A stretch of DNA of 64,000 nucleotides from Clostridia bacterium. Lineage in GTDB: Bacteria; Bacillota; Clostridia; Christensenellales; CAG-138. Position 1 is the stretch's first letter. Every line of letters begins with the position of its first letter. Under the pieces are notes generated by a model that had not been told where the DNA came from, did not search any database, and worked only from the letters and a program-made list of their open reading frames with translations. The position numbers were made by a program, and so were the translations under genes. Of the stretch, positions 35,708 to 45,202 are shown piece by piece. Where the stretch lies: contig JAVBWI010000004.1 of the NCBI GenBank assembly GCA_036677445.1, positions 342,786 through 406,785 on the forward strand, in the 5' to 3' direction.

Positions 35708-38443
35708 TTAAAGCATGTCGGTATTTCGTTCGAACACCATCTTGCCCAGCAGCATCCGTTCGGAAACGGGGATGGATATACGAAAAGCCTTCTCAATGGT
35801 ATAGCTGATGTTTTCAACCAGCTTTCGCGTGCGCTCGTCCAGATTGAATGCACTGGATACAGTAAAGCAGTGGCCGCTGATCACGCGTTCGAGCATGAAC
35901 GTCATGTATACGTAGAGCCGCGTGCGCTCAAATCCTGTGATTTTATAAGAGAGGCTGCGGTCCAGCCAGACCACGCAGCGGCTGAAGGCTTCCTGTACCC
36001 TGCCGATATCGATGAAGGATACGTAGCGGCGGATGCTTTGCGCAAGCTCCTCTTCCGACATGAAGGATATGTCCGAGGAGCGTTCCCGTCCGAAATCATG
36101 GGTAATGCCGCGTTTACCGAGGATGGAGGCAAAGTCGATCAGGTTGGTATGCTTCAGAAACACCTCAAAGGGTACTACGCCCATCGCGGAATGGCTGTAG
36201 GAGAAGTTCACCATATCCACCACATAGCCGACGTTATCGGTTTCCATCATTTCCGACAGCCTGCGGTCGATCTCGCCATAGCTCCCGCACTGGTTAAAGC
36301 TTATGGTACGGATGCTGCTGCGGCGGTTACCCGAAAGATTAAGAAGGTTGCCGAGCATTTCCTTGATCTTTGTGCAGCAGGGCTCGTTCTCGCTGCATAC
36401 CACCAGCGCCACCGAGACCGCGCGCAAATCGATTGCGGCTTGGTTGCTCACCGGAATCAGGCTCTCCATAACGCGGGCATGGTCCCATTCGTTCTGTATG
36501 ATCTTGCTGGTCAGCACCACGATATTGGTCGTGGAAATATCATGAAACAGTACGCGGACCGGCATGTTCATGCGCTCGGAGAGGGTATGCGAAAGTATCA
36601 GCGCAGCGGTATCCTGTTCCATCACCACAAAGTTGGTTCCGCCCTGCGCGGCGCCGCCATCCTGCTCGCTCCCGCTGCCTGCCATCGGAGCCGCATCCAA
36701 CGGTTCAATATTGGTAATATCCAGCAATTTGTTCACGGTATGCGCAATTACGCGGTTGCTGTTGCCGTCGGAGGAAAGCAGATAGATTTTGTTTTCCGCC
36801 AGCTCTTTGTTGCGCACCACCAGGCGCATCCAGCAAAGCAGCGTGGCGGCATGGGAAGGCGATATGGAATAACGCCGAAGCAGCGGCTCTATAGGGTGCA
36901 GCGCCGCCGCGGTAGGCTCCAGTAACTCACTGGCCGCTGCCATCTTATGCATTGCGGCAAATATGCGCGAAGGCATCTGCTCGCCGTCCACGGCAGCTTT
37001 TATGGCATAATAGATGCCATACTGCAATTCACCAAGACTGTTCTTATCCTCCTGCAGGCTGTGCAGCGCCCTGCCAAGCTGCGCAAATATCTCCGCATCC
37101 GGACAAGCTTCGTCCGGAGGCATATAGCAGAACTGCTTTAAATAGATTTCGGTGGCACGGGTCATCGCCTGCGCCGAAGGCTCGGCGTTATCCTTGAGCT
37201 CAAACTTAAAAATACGGGACAGACAAAGGGGTGCGTTGGTATCGTCACTGTCGCCCGCGGGATATATGCAAAGCTCGGTTTCATAGGCTGTTTCGGCCGC
37301 GCGGTTGCTGATCGAATACATGGCCTGCAAAATAATATCATCGGAGAGCTGGCCCACGCCCACCCGAAGCGGCGGCAATGTGCAATCCAGGTACGCCTGT
37401 GAGCAGATGCTTTTGATATCGGCCATCAACTGCCCGGTGTTGCCGGGGCATTCATAGCGCATGAGGATGCTTACCACCTCTTTGCTCACAATGATGCGCT
37501 TCTGAATGTTGGTGCTTTCCTGTGTAAACGCGCGTTTTATCAAGCTGAAGCGCTCAGCCTGGCTGCGCTTTGAAAGCGGCGGCAGCTCGATGGTAATGGG
37601 GATACGGCGAAGGAGCGTGGGAATGAGCGCCTCCCGTGGGTTATAATTGGTAGCAAGCAGCAGCAGCACGTTGGCCGAGCGCTCCCGGTTTGTTTCCCCC
37701 ATCCGGCGGTATGTGCCCTTATCGATGATGGAGAACAGCATTTCCTGCCCTTGCGGAGGCAGGGAATGCACCTCATCCAGGAAGAGTATGCCGCCCTCGG
37801 CAAGCTCCACCAGGCCGCGTTTTTCATTTTTCGCATCCGTGTATGCGCCGGCTTCATGGCCAAAGAGCTGGGAAAGCAAAAGCTGCGGGTTATTGGCATA
37901 ATCCGAGCAGTTGAAACGAATGAACGGGTTGGCCTTGGAATAACGGCCGGTTTCTATTCCATACTGATACATCACATCCACAAGGAACGTTTTCCCGCAG
38001 CCCGTAGGACCGACAATCAGCGCGGGGAGGCCTTTGGGCGGATAGCTTATGGATGCCTTGGCGCTGTTGATAATTTTTACCGGAAAATATTTGGGGTCAT
38101 AGTACTTGTCAAAAACGGAAGGCTTGTCCTCCGCTATCGTTTCGCCCCGGAGCGCTTGCATCAGTTCCTCTGGCGCATAGCTTTCTCTCGCGGGAATAGC
38201 CTTTAATATGTTTTGGCACACCCCCGCGTGAAGATACCGGACAGGCCTGCCGCTGAGCTTAACGGCTTGCGACTCCTCCGCGAGACGGTTGAGCAGCCGG
38301 CTGGCATCACTTCGATGAATGTCCAGAGAATCCGCAATGGAGGAAGCGTCAAGCCCCATTCTGAGGTTGGGTTGCTCCAGCGCCTGCTTCGTACATTGTT
38401 CCAGGAGCGCCAATATGTCGTCAAGCCTGCTGCTCATGGGCAT
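35708..38443 (-). CDS. Sigma-54-dependent transcriptional activator with PRD/PTS-regulation domains (LevR type)
   Basis: N-terminal HTH; an AAA+ sigma-54 interaction module (Walker A GPTGCGKT, GHEAGAYTDA loop, Walker B GGILFLDEVH); and a long C-terminal region of PRD/EII-like length, 911 aa in total. The start is ATG 38443 or ATG 38437; the latter has better RBS spacing. Confidence 0.8.
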   Translation of the reverse strand: MPMSSRLDDILALLEQCTKQALEQPNLRMGLDASSIADSLDIHRSDASRLLNRLAEESQAVKLSGRPVRYLHAGVCQNILKAIPARESYAPEELMQALRGETIAEDKPSVFDKYYDPKYFPVKIINSAKASISYPPKGLPALIVGPTGCGKTFLVDVMYQYGIETGRYSKANPFIRFNCSDYANNPQLLLSQLFGHEAGAYTDAKNEKRGLVELAEGGILFLDEVHSLPPQGQEMLFSIIDKGTYRRMGETNRERSANVLLLLATNYNPREALIPTLLRRIPITIELPPLSKRSQAERFSLIKRAFTQESTNIQKRIIVSKEVVSILMRYECPGNTGQLMADIKSICSQAYLDCTLPPLRVGVGQLSDDIILQAMYSISNRAAETAYETELCIYPAGDSDDTNAPLCLSRIFKFELKDNAEPSAQAMTRATEIYLKQFCYMPPDEACPDAEIFAQLGRALHSLQEDKNSLGELQYGIYYAIKAAVDGEQMPSRIFAAMHKMAAASELLEPTAAALHPIEPLLRRYSISPSHAATLLCWMRLVVRNKELAENKIYLLSSDGNSNRVIAHTVNKLLDITNIEPLDAAPMAGSGSEQDGGAAQGGTNFVVMEQDTAALILSHTLSERMNMPVRVLFHDISTTNIVVLTSKIIQNEWDHARVMESLIPVSNQAAIDLRAVSVALVVCSENEPCCTKIKEMLGNLLNLSGNRRSSIRTISFNQCGSYGEIDRRLSEMMETDNVGYVVDMVNFSYSHSAMGVVPFEVFLKHTNLIDFASILGKRGITHDFGRERSSDISFMSEEELAQSIRRYVSFIDIGRVQEAFSRCVVWLDRSLSYKITGFERTRLYVYMTFMLERVISGHCFTVSSAFNLDERTRKLVENISYTIEKAFRISIPVSERMLLGKMVFERNTDML

Positions 38444-38515
38444 GTTACCTCCAATATTTCACCAACGCATATGGTATAGTATATCATAGGAACATGGCCA
38501 TCCGCCATTTTACCC

Positions 38516-38589
38516 TGGAAAGAACCCAAGCGGACAGCTTGAAAAGACCCAAGCGGACAACAATTGAAAAAGAACCCAGGCGGGCAACC
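38516..38589 (+). repeat. Three tandem direct repeats of about 23 bp in the divergent regulator/SIS intergenic region
   Basis: TGGAAAGAACCCAAGCGGACAGC / TTGAAAAGACCCAAGCGGACAAC / (aa)TTGAAAAAGAACCCAGGCGGGCAACC. The last repeat ends about 22 nt before the GGAGG RBS of the SIS gene. Confidence 0.8.
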
Positions 38590-38625
38590 GCGGAAGTAAG
38601 ATTTATCAATACGGAGGAATTTAAC

Positions 38626-39228
38626 ATGAAAACCGAAGCACTCTTAAGGGCAAAAGCGTCTTTTGGCATTGAAGCCAAGGCAATATCCGACACCTTCGCC
38701 CACATGGACTTTGCGGCATTCGGCAAAGCGGTGGACGCTTTAAGCCATTGTGCGCGCATCGGCGTGACAGCATGCGGCCATTCCGGCATCGCCTGCATGC
38801 ACTTTGCACATTCCATGTGCTGCATAGAACGCCCGTCCCGGTTTCTCTCCCCTTCGGAGGCGGTGCATGGCGCGCTCGGCTTCATTCAAAAGGATGATGT
38901 AATCGTTTGGGCTTCCCGCGGCGGAAAAACATCCGAACTGATCCCCATATTGGATATCTGTATACAAAAGCAGGCAATTATAATGGGCATTACCGAAAAT
39001 CCGGAGTCAATATTGGCAAAGAAATCCCACATACTCCTGCCCATGAAAGTAGAATGCGAAAGCGACAAATACAACAGCCAGTCCACCGCCAGCTTCATCG
39101 CGCTGAGTTCTGTGCTGGATGCATTGCAAACAGCCGTGCTGGAGGAAACGGATTATAAAAATGAAAGTTTTGCCCTGATACACCCCGGCGGCGCCGTAGG
39201 CGAGCGGCTCAATAAACGCAGCTTATAG
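38626..39228 (+). CDS. SIS-domain sugar-phosphate isomerase (GutQ/KpsF-like SIS domain without CBS domains)
   Basis: The start is taken at the ATG at 38626, after GGAGG. SIS motifs GVTACGHSGIACMHFAHS and ASRGGKTSE. Confidence 0.75.
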   Translation: MKTEALLRAKASFGIEAKAISDTFAHMDFAAFGKAVDALSHCARIGVTACGHSGIACMHFAHSMCCIERPSRFLSPSEAVHGALGFIQKDDVIVWASRGGKTSELIPILDICIQKQAIIMGITENPESILAKKSHILLPMKVECESDKYNSQSTASFIALSSVLDALQTAVLEETDYKNESFALIHPGGAVGERLNKRSL

Positions 39229-39244
39229 GAAACTGCGTTTGAGG

Positions 39245-39480
39245 ATGTCAAAAAAGTGACTGCGTCACTTTTTTGATCTTCACAGGAACCGCCTGCATCT
39301 TTGATGCGGTCGGCGGTTCCTGAAGGGAAAGCCTTGCGATGCAAGGCTTTTCCCTCGCGCCGCACATGTCGTCGCTCGCGAATAAAGCCTAATGTAGCAG
39401 TCATTTGCAGCCATCAAATACAAAGTCCGTAGGACTTTGTCGATGGACTGAACCCTCCATCCTTGTCGGGCTGGAGGGTT
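39245..39480. repeat. Multi-hairpin intergenic repeat array 4 (first hairpin is the SIS-gene terminator)
   Basis: AAAAAAGTGAC-tgc-GTCACTTTTTT (39250-39274); GGAACCGCC...GGCGGTTCC; GGGAAAGCCTTGC-gat-GCAAGGCTTTTCCC, which shares a core with arrays 1 and 3; CAAAGTCC-gta-GGACTTTG, related to 3075-3104; AACCCTCCA...TGGAGGGTT. Confidence 0.8.
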
Positions 39481-39842
39481 ATTTGCATTCCATCCCCTAA
39501 TTCTTTGTTCCGAATCAAAAAACACCGGTTCATCCAAATAGTGGAGTATCCAGTCAAACGTTAGCATAAGCGCAAAATAAGCATGTAATAAGTGAATAAC
39601 AAGTACAGCACGGCAGGATTTTATGTGTTTATGTACACGAATTCCGTATTTTTCATAAGTATCCATTACAATATACTTTCAAAAAACCACAAATAATAAC
39701 AATATGTGACCATCATACGAACATTCCATGTCATGCTTATGTTACATATCACAGCACGTCCCAAAGGCATGTATAGCGGCGTATGGGCCCTGTGCCGCAA
39801 ACGTTCTTTGGGACAGGCTGGAGCAAAAAGGAGAATAGGGGT

Positions 39843-41384
39843 ATGAAAAAGAAGCCGGCCGCAGTTGTCGCGGGAGTTCTGGTATGGTGCATGCTGTCCA
39901 CTACGGCGCTCGCAGTGGTGGATATAGACGATGTGGAAAAGACCGTCTATGCCAACGGGCATGCAATCGTCATCAAGGAAGACAGTGAAGACGCTGAAAA
40001 AACCATTGTGACTTCAGAAGAAAAAGACGCCGTGCGGGAAAGTGACGCGGGCAAGAACATCAAAAACTATACCGTATATGGCGGAAGCAAGCAAAAAGAT
40101 ATTACCGGAGATACGTCCGTTACCGTGGAAAGCGGGACGGTGAAGGACGTGTATGGCGGCAGCGGCGCAGGTACGGTTAGAGATTCCGCCGACATTACAG
40201 GAAGCACATCCGTAACCATCACGGGCGGTACGGTGACCGGTTCCGTCTATGGCGGCAGCGAGGGCAGGCTGCTCAATGACGCGGATATTTCCGGCAGCAC
40301 CGAGGTCGTCATTTCCGGCGGCACGGTAAACGGTTCCGTTTACGGCGGCAGCAAGAACGGCGGCGTAGGCGGCGATTCTTCCGTTGCCATAGAGAATGCA
40401 ACGGTCGGCGGCACAGTATACGGCGGCAGCGAGAACGGCAATATCGAGGGCGACACTTCCGTTTCTCTTGCGGACAGCACCGCAAAGGAGGTCTACGGCG
40501 GCAGTGAAAAGGGTAATGTACAGAGCACAGATGTGACGGTGGACAACAGCGCAACCGGAAATGTGTACGGCGGCAGCAAGACCGGCAATGTCACCGGGGA
40601 TGCCGGCACATCCGTCTCCATCATAAACGGCGCAAAGACCGGCAAGGTATACGGCGGCGGCAAGACCGGCAGCGCGAAAAAGACGCAGATTACCGTGGGA
40701 GGGGAAGACACCTCTGTGAATACCGTGTTTGCGGGCAGCGAAAAGGCAGGCATTACCATGAGCGCCGAAATCACGCTCGAAGGCGGGAATGTGACCTCCA
40801 AAAAGGTGTTCGGTTGGGGCGGCAACGATCTTTTAGCACCCGTCGGCCCGGTCAATGTGAACATATTCACGGAAAATGGCGCCGAAAACACCTATTACCT
40901 CTCACGTTTGTCCACCATCACCGTTGGCGATGCAATGATGGCATATAAGCTGATCGGTGAGGATGGGTACTACATCTATGCGCCGTTCACGTTTGCCGCG
41001 CGCGCCACGCGCGCCATCCCTGTAAAAACAGTCTATCAGGATAAAGCGGGCAACGTGCTCTTTACGATGGAGGAAAGCGTTACGCTGATGGAAGGCTATA
41101 CCACATCCCTCTCTTATCAATCCTGGAATGGCGCGTACGCAAACGCAAATAAGTATAAGCTGACCGGTACGCCGGCGGACGTTGCAATTGCCTTTGAGGA
41201 TGAAACAGACGCCTATACGTTCACTGTTGTGGCGGAGGCAATTTCCTCTGACGAACCCGATCCGGATCTCCCGTTGGGCATACCCCAGACCGGTGACGGC
41301 CCGTTTGCAGGCTACGTGATAGCCGCGCTTGCGCTCATGTCCCTGGCGGCGGCGCCGACACTGAAAAAGCGCCTGGCAAAGTAA
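39843..41384 (+). CDS. Cell-wall-anchored surface protein with about 10 VYGGS-type repeats and a PQTG sortase signal
   Basis: Signal peptide MKKKPAAVVAGVLVWCMLSTTALA. Repeats of about 20-24 aa (G-x-V-YGGS...GDTSVxI.GGTV). C-terminal IPQTGD, then a hydrophobic segment and KKRLAK. Confidence 0.8.
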   Translation: MKKKPAAVVAGVLVWCMLSTTALAVVDIDDVEKTVYANGHAIVIKEDSEDAEKTIVTSEEKDAVRESDAGKNIKNYTVYGGSKQKDITGDTSVTVESGTVKDVYGGSGAGTVRDSADITGSTSVTITGGTVTGSVYGGSEGRLLNDADISGSTEVVISGGTVNGSVYGGSKNGGVGGDSSVAIENATVGGTVYGGSENGNIEGDTSVSLADSTAKEVYGGSEKGNVQSTDVTVDNSATGNVYGGSKTGNVTGDAGTSVSIINGAKTGKVYGGGKTGSAKKTQITVGGEDTSVNTVFAGSEKAGITMSAEITLEGGNVTSKKVFGWGGNDLLAPVGPVNVNIFTENGAENTYYLSRLSTITVGDAMMAYKLIGEDGYYIYAPFTFAARATRAIPVKTVYQDKAGNVLFTMEESVTLMEGYTTSLSYQSWNGAYANANKYKLTGTPADVAIAFEDETDAYTFTVVAEAISSDEPDPDLPLGIPQTGDGPFAGYVIAALALMSLAAAPTLKKRLAK

Positions 41385-41400
41385 TCACATTAGTATTCTT

Positions 41401-41433
41401 ACGCCCCGCATGCACGTCTTGCGGGGCGTTTTG
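41401..41433 (+). terminator. Intrinsic terminator of the surface-protein gene
   Basis: ACGCCCCGCA-tgcacgtct-TGCGGGGCGT followed by TTTT. Confidence 0.8.
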
Positions 41434-41550
41434 CTGTTCCAAGAGGATGCCAGCGGCAGCCCCGCAAGCGTGAAACCCCGTACGCCCCGGATATATTTGC
41501 GGGAGCATGCAAACTGCAGACCGATTTTTGCAAACGCAAGGAAAAGGTAT

Positions 41551-42024
41551 TTATATCCGGGGAAATATGGATTGGACCGCACTGCGAATCTCCTGGTAGC
41601 TTGTACACCGGCACAGGTTGGATTGCAGCCATTCCTCTATTACATATTCTTCCGGCTGCCGGGGATATTGACAGTATAGCGCCTGGCATACCATTAAGAA
41701 CCCCGGCGTGCAATAGCCGCACTGAAACGCGTTATGCTCCACAAATGCCGTTTGAACGGGGGCCTTGCCATTGAGCCCCTCCACTGTCAGCAGTTCATGC
41801 CCAACGGCTTCCACGGCCAGCACGAGGCAGGATTTTACGGGCCAGCCGTCCATCATGACCGTGCATGCGCCGCAATCCCCATTTTTGCATCCCGGTTTTG
41901 CGCCGGTCAACCCAAGCTGCCCGCGCAGGACATCCAGCAAAATATCCGAAGGGCGCACCGCAACGCTGCGTATTTCCCCGTTTACCGTTAATTCTATGAC
42001 GACTTTCCCAGCATACCAAATCAT
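41551..42024 (-). CDS. Xanthine-dehydrogenase-family [2Fe-2S] small subunit
   Basis: CKNGDCGACTV and CGYCTPG cluster motifs. ATGA start/stop overlap with the upstream FAD subunit. Confidence 0.9.
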   Translation of the reverse strand: MIWYAGKVVIELTVNGEIRSVAVRPSDILLDVLRGQLGLTGAKPGCKNGDCGACTVMMDGWPVKSCLVLAVEAVGHELLTVEGLNGKAPVQTAFVEHNAFQCGYCTPGFLMVCQALYCQYPRQPEEYVIEEWLQSNLCRCTSYQEIRSAVQSIFPRI

Positions 42025-42875
42025 CCGCTCATGCCTCCAAGGGAATTATGCTCCCAGGTTTCAAGCAAATGCAGAATTGTATTTTTCAGCACGAATAGCC
42101 GGTAGACGCCCGACCCTTCCACATCGGTGTGTACCTTTCCTTTGAGCAGTGCAGCGGCCGCATCTGCCCGTGTTTGAGGCGGGGCGGCAGTATCGTTCAA
42201 TATGTTTTCCACTTCTTCGCTGCGGAAAGGAAACGCGCAAAGCCCCGAAAACGCGGCCCGCAGCTTGCTTTCCCGGCACAGGGCGGTAACGTTTACCAGC
42301 GGATAATCAATTCTTTCCTGTGTGGTTTTCTTGATATGCGCATAGGGGGCATGCAAAGCCCATACGGGAATATGCACCTGCGCCACAAATTCACCCGGCT
42401 TAAGGCACATACGCTGATGAAAAACGCGATGGATGCCCTCCGTGCGCATGCCATCCGGGCCATAGAGCAGCAGTTCCGCATCCGACAGCAGCAACGGCAG
42501 GCTGGCCTCCCGGTAAATGATCGTGCCACAGATATTGCCGCCGAGCGTAATGCGGCATTGGTTGGTATGATCGGCGACCCGGCCGCATGCAGTTCCCAGC
42601 AGCGGAAACAGTTTCGATTCCTTTATGCGGTTGAGCGTATTGGCGGCGCCGATGACAAGTTTCTCTCCGTCGAGCTCCAGCACCAGGCATTCGGGGATGT
42701 TTTTGATATCGATCACCGCGCCCGGCCGGATACTGCCCGCGCGGGACATGGTAATGATTTCGCTGCCGCCGCCGTAATAGAGGGCCGGCTCTTCGGCTTT
42801 ATGCAATTGCGTATACGCTGCCGCCGCTTCCTGAAGGGAATCCGGTTTGCAATAGATGAAATCATACGGTATCAT
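42021..42875 (-). CDS. Xanthine-dehydrogenase-family FAD-binding medium subunit
   Basis: FAD-binding PCMH-type pattern (YYGGGSEII...). The start is taken at MIPYDF (42875), which forms an ATGA overlap with the stop of the large subunit and follows GGAGGTG. Confidence 0.8.
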   Translation of the reverse strand: MIPYDFIYCKPDSLQEAAAAYTQLHKAEEPALYYGGGSEIITMSRAGSIRPGAVIDIKNIPECLVLELDGEKLVIGAANTLNRIKESKLFPLLGTACGRVADHTNQCRITLGGNICGTIIYREASLPLLLSDAELLLYGPDGMRTEGIHRVFHQRMCLKPGEFVAQVHIPVWALHAPYAHIKKTTQERIDYPLVNVTALCRESKLRAAFSGLCAFPFRSEEVENILNDTAAPPQTRADAAAALLKGKVHTDVEGSGVYRLFVLKNTILHLLETWEHNSLGGMSG

Positions 42876-45202
42876 GTGTTCACCTCCGCGGCGAGGGCCC
42901 ATAGCTTTTCAGGCAGCAGCGGCAATTCGGAAATCTCCAGTCCCAACGCCGCGGAAAGCGCATTGGCAAGCGCTGCGGGTATGCCGATGATGCCGTGTTC
43001 CGAATACTTACGAACGCCATACGGCGAATCTTCCTCCGGCGTCTCCACGAAACCGATACGATAATCCGGTTCCTGGCCGGTATGCAGTAGCTTATACGTG
43101 CGCAAAGTAGGCGCTTGCAGCACGCCGTTTACATCATAGGTGAATGCCTCCCGGCTTGCCATGCTGACGCCCATCGCCATGCCGCCCGCCACCATTGCCC
43201 GCATGGCCTCCGGGTTGATGACAGAACCCACATCCATCACCGTGGACGCGGAAAGAATACGATAAGTAAACTCTTTTGTATCCACCTCAACCTCCACGAC
43301 CTGCGCGCCTACCGTCCAGGATGGTCCGGGTTGCCCTTTTCCAGTCAGGGGGTCGAGCATCGATAAACCCTTGAGCATGAACCCCCCACGGCCCAATACC
43401 GGCCCGCCTATGGAAACGCCGTCCTTTGTCTGGTATCCGTTGACAATATCCTTGAATTCGATAAACGCTCTCGGATTGCCGCGCATAGAAACCCGTCCAT
43501 GCGCAACCTCGATTTCATCAGGGGAGCAGCCAAGCGCCAACGCGCCGTTATTGCGCAGCTGGGCGATGATATCGTCCGCGGCACGCAGCACCGCATTCCC
43601 CGCCATATAGGCCGTCATGCTTGCTACCGTTTTCCAATGTTCGGGGCTCACCCTTGTATCCACCGGCATGACGACATGCACTTGGCTTGCATCCATTTTC
43701 AGCTTTTCCGCCAGTATTTGAGCCAGTTGCGTCTGACCGCCCGAGCCCATTTCCACCACGCCGGTATTCAGGTTAAGGCTTCCGTCGGGGTTAAACGTAG
43801 CCAACGCGCCGGATATCGCGTTGGTAGGTGGGTTTTCATTTTTCCACAGGCAGGCAGCGCCCTTTGCCCGTACGGTGTTTTCTTCCACCGAAACCACGGC
43901 GCCGCCATTCCATTTCGATAACAGTTTGACCTTTTGCAGGCATTGCGGAAGGTCGCCCAGATTGCTGCGCGTACACAGCACCTGCGATGGGGTCAAATGG
44001 CCCGAACGAATGGCGTTGCGAATGCGCAGCTCCAGCGGGTCGATGCCACATTTTCGGGCAAGCATATCCAGCGTGCGTTCTATGCAAAATGTATAGGATT
44101 CATGCGCGAAGCTGCGGTAGGAGGTCGCGAAGGTATGGTTTGTATAGACGCACAAGGCCTCGCATTTAAGGTTTTCGATATTGTACGGGCCGGTACAGTC
44201 CACAGCGATGGCTTTGGTCATATACGGAGAAATATCGGCATACGCGCCGCAATCCAGCCAATAGGTGATTTCCGCAGCCCGCAGCAGCCCGTCCCGGTCC
44301 GCGCCCAAACGAATATCAGCCTCCAGACCTATTCGGCAGGGCGCCAAAGCCATATCCTGTTCGCGCGGGATGATTACGCGCACCGGCTGCCCGTTGACGC
44401 TGCGGGATGCGATATATGCCAATATCTCCAGTAACACCGGCGCTTTCCCGCCGAATCCGCCGCCCACAAAGGGCACCCGCACCTGAATTTGGCCCGGCGG
44501 GATCTGAAAAGCTTCGGCAATTTGCGTACGCACCGCGTAGGGGGATTGGGAGGAAGCAGTGATGAGCACGGTGCCATCCGCGGCGATTTCCGCTTGCGCC
44601 GTGCGTGCCTCCATTGCCAAATGATCCGACGGCGGCAAAGAAAAGCGCTGCTGTACAACCATGTCGCTGTGCAAAAGGCATTCCGGTGCATCCCCTTTAT
44701 GTATGCGGTAGCGGCTGGCAATGTTGCTGTTTGGTTCCGGGTAAATATCCTGCCGAGTCTTTTTATAGCCGTTTGCCTGCGGGTGAAGAACAGGCGCGCC
44801 GGGCAGCAGCGCATCCGAAGGCGAAAGTACAGGCTGCAGCGCCTCGTATTCTATTTGAATAGACCGCACCGCCTGTTCAGCCGTCCATTCATCCCGTGCG
44901 ACCACCATGGCTACGGGTTCCCCTGCATAACGGACCTTATCCCCTGCCAGCGCAGGCCGATCCTGCAACAATGCCCCAAAAAGCATGGGACAATTTTCAT
45001 TAAGAACAATCGCTTTTACGCCATCCACTGCCCAGGCTTTCGAAGTATCGACGTGAAGAATGCGGGCGTGTGCATGAGGGCTTGTCAAAAGGCGCGCTGT
45101 CAGCACGCCCGTAAGCGGCATGTCGTCAGCATATTTGGCACGCCCGGTCACTTTATCCCATGCTTCTTTACGACGAACACTCTGACCAATCGCAGTATTC
45201 AT
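42872..45202 (-). CDS. Xanthine-dehydrogenase-family molybdopterin-binding large subunit
   Basis: 776 aa with an N-terminus typical of aldehyde oxidase/xanthine dehydrogenase a/b hammerhead proteins (GQSVRRKEAWDKVTGRAKYADD). Confidence 0.85.
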   Translation of the reverse strand: MNTAIGQSVRRKEAWDKVTGRAKYADDMPLTGVLTARLLTSPHAHARILHVDTSKAWAVDGVKAIVLNENCPMLFGALLQDRPALAGDKVRYAGEPVAMVVARDEWTAEQAVRSIQIEYEALQPVLSPSDALLPGAPVLHPQANGYKKTRQDIYPEPNSNIASRYRIHKGDAPECLLHSDMVVQQRFSLPPSDHLAMEARTAQAEIAADGTVLITASSQSPYAVRTQIAEAFQIPPGQIQVRVPFVGGGFGGKAPVLLEILAYIASRSVNGQPVRVIIPREQDMALAPCRIGLEADIRLGADRDGLLRAAEITYWLDCGAYADISPYMTKAIAVDCTGPYNIENLKCEALCVYTNHTFATSYRSFAHESYTFCIERTLDMLARKCGIDPLELRIRNAIRSGHLTPSQVLCTRSNLGDLPQCLQKVKLLSKWNGGAVVSVEENTVRAKGAACLWKNENPPTNAISGALATFNPDGSLNLNTGVVEMGSGGQTQLAQILAEKLKMDASQVHVVMPVDTRVSPEHWKTVASMTAYMAGNAVLRAADDIIAQLRNNGALALGCSPDEIEVAHGRVSMRGNPRAFIEFKDIVNGYQTKDGVSIGGPVLGRGGFMLKGLSMLDPLTGKGQPGPSWTVGAQVVEVEVDTKEFTYRILSASTVMDVGSVINPEAMRAMVAGGMAMGVSMASREAFTYDVNGVLQAPTLRTYKLLHTGQEPDYRIGFVETPEEDSPYGVRKYSEHGIIGIPAALANALSAALGLEISELPLLPEKLWALAAEVNT

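Noticed and set aside
35870-36925. 351-aa plus-strand ORF
   Set aside because: It is antisense to the LevR-type activator. Its composition is a mirror-image artefact.
39280-39666. 128-aa minus-strand ORF upstream of the surface-protein gene
   Set aside because: Its C-terminal two-thirds is encoded by the hairpin modules of array 4, there is no convincing RBS, and I recognised no family. A short real peptide from the first 50 codons or so cannot be excluded.
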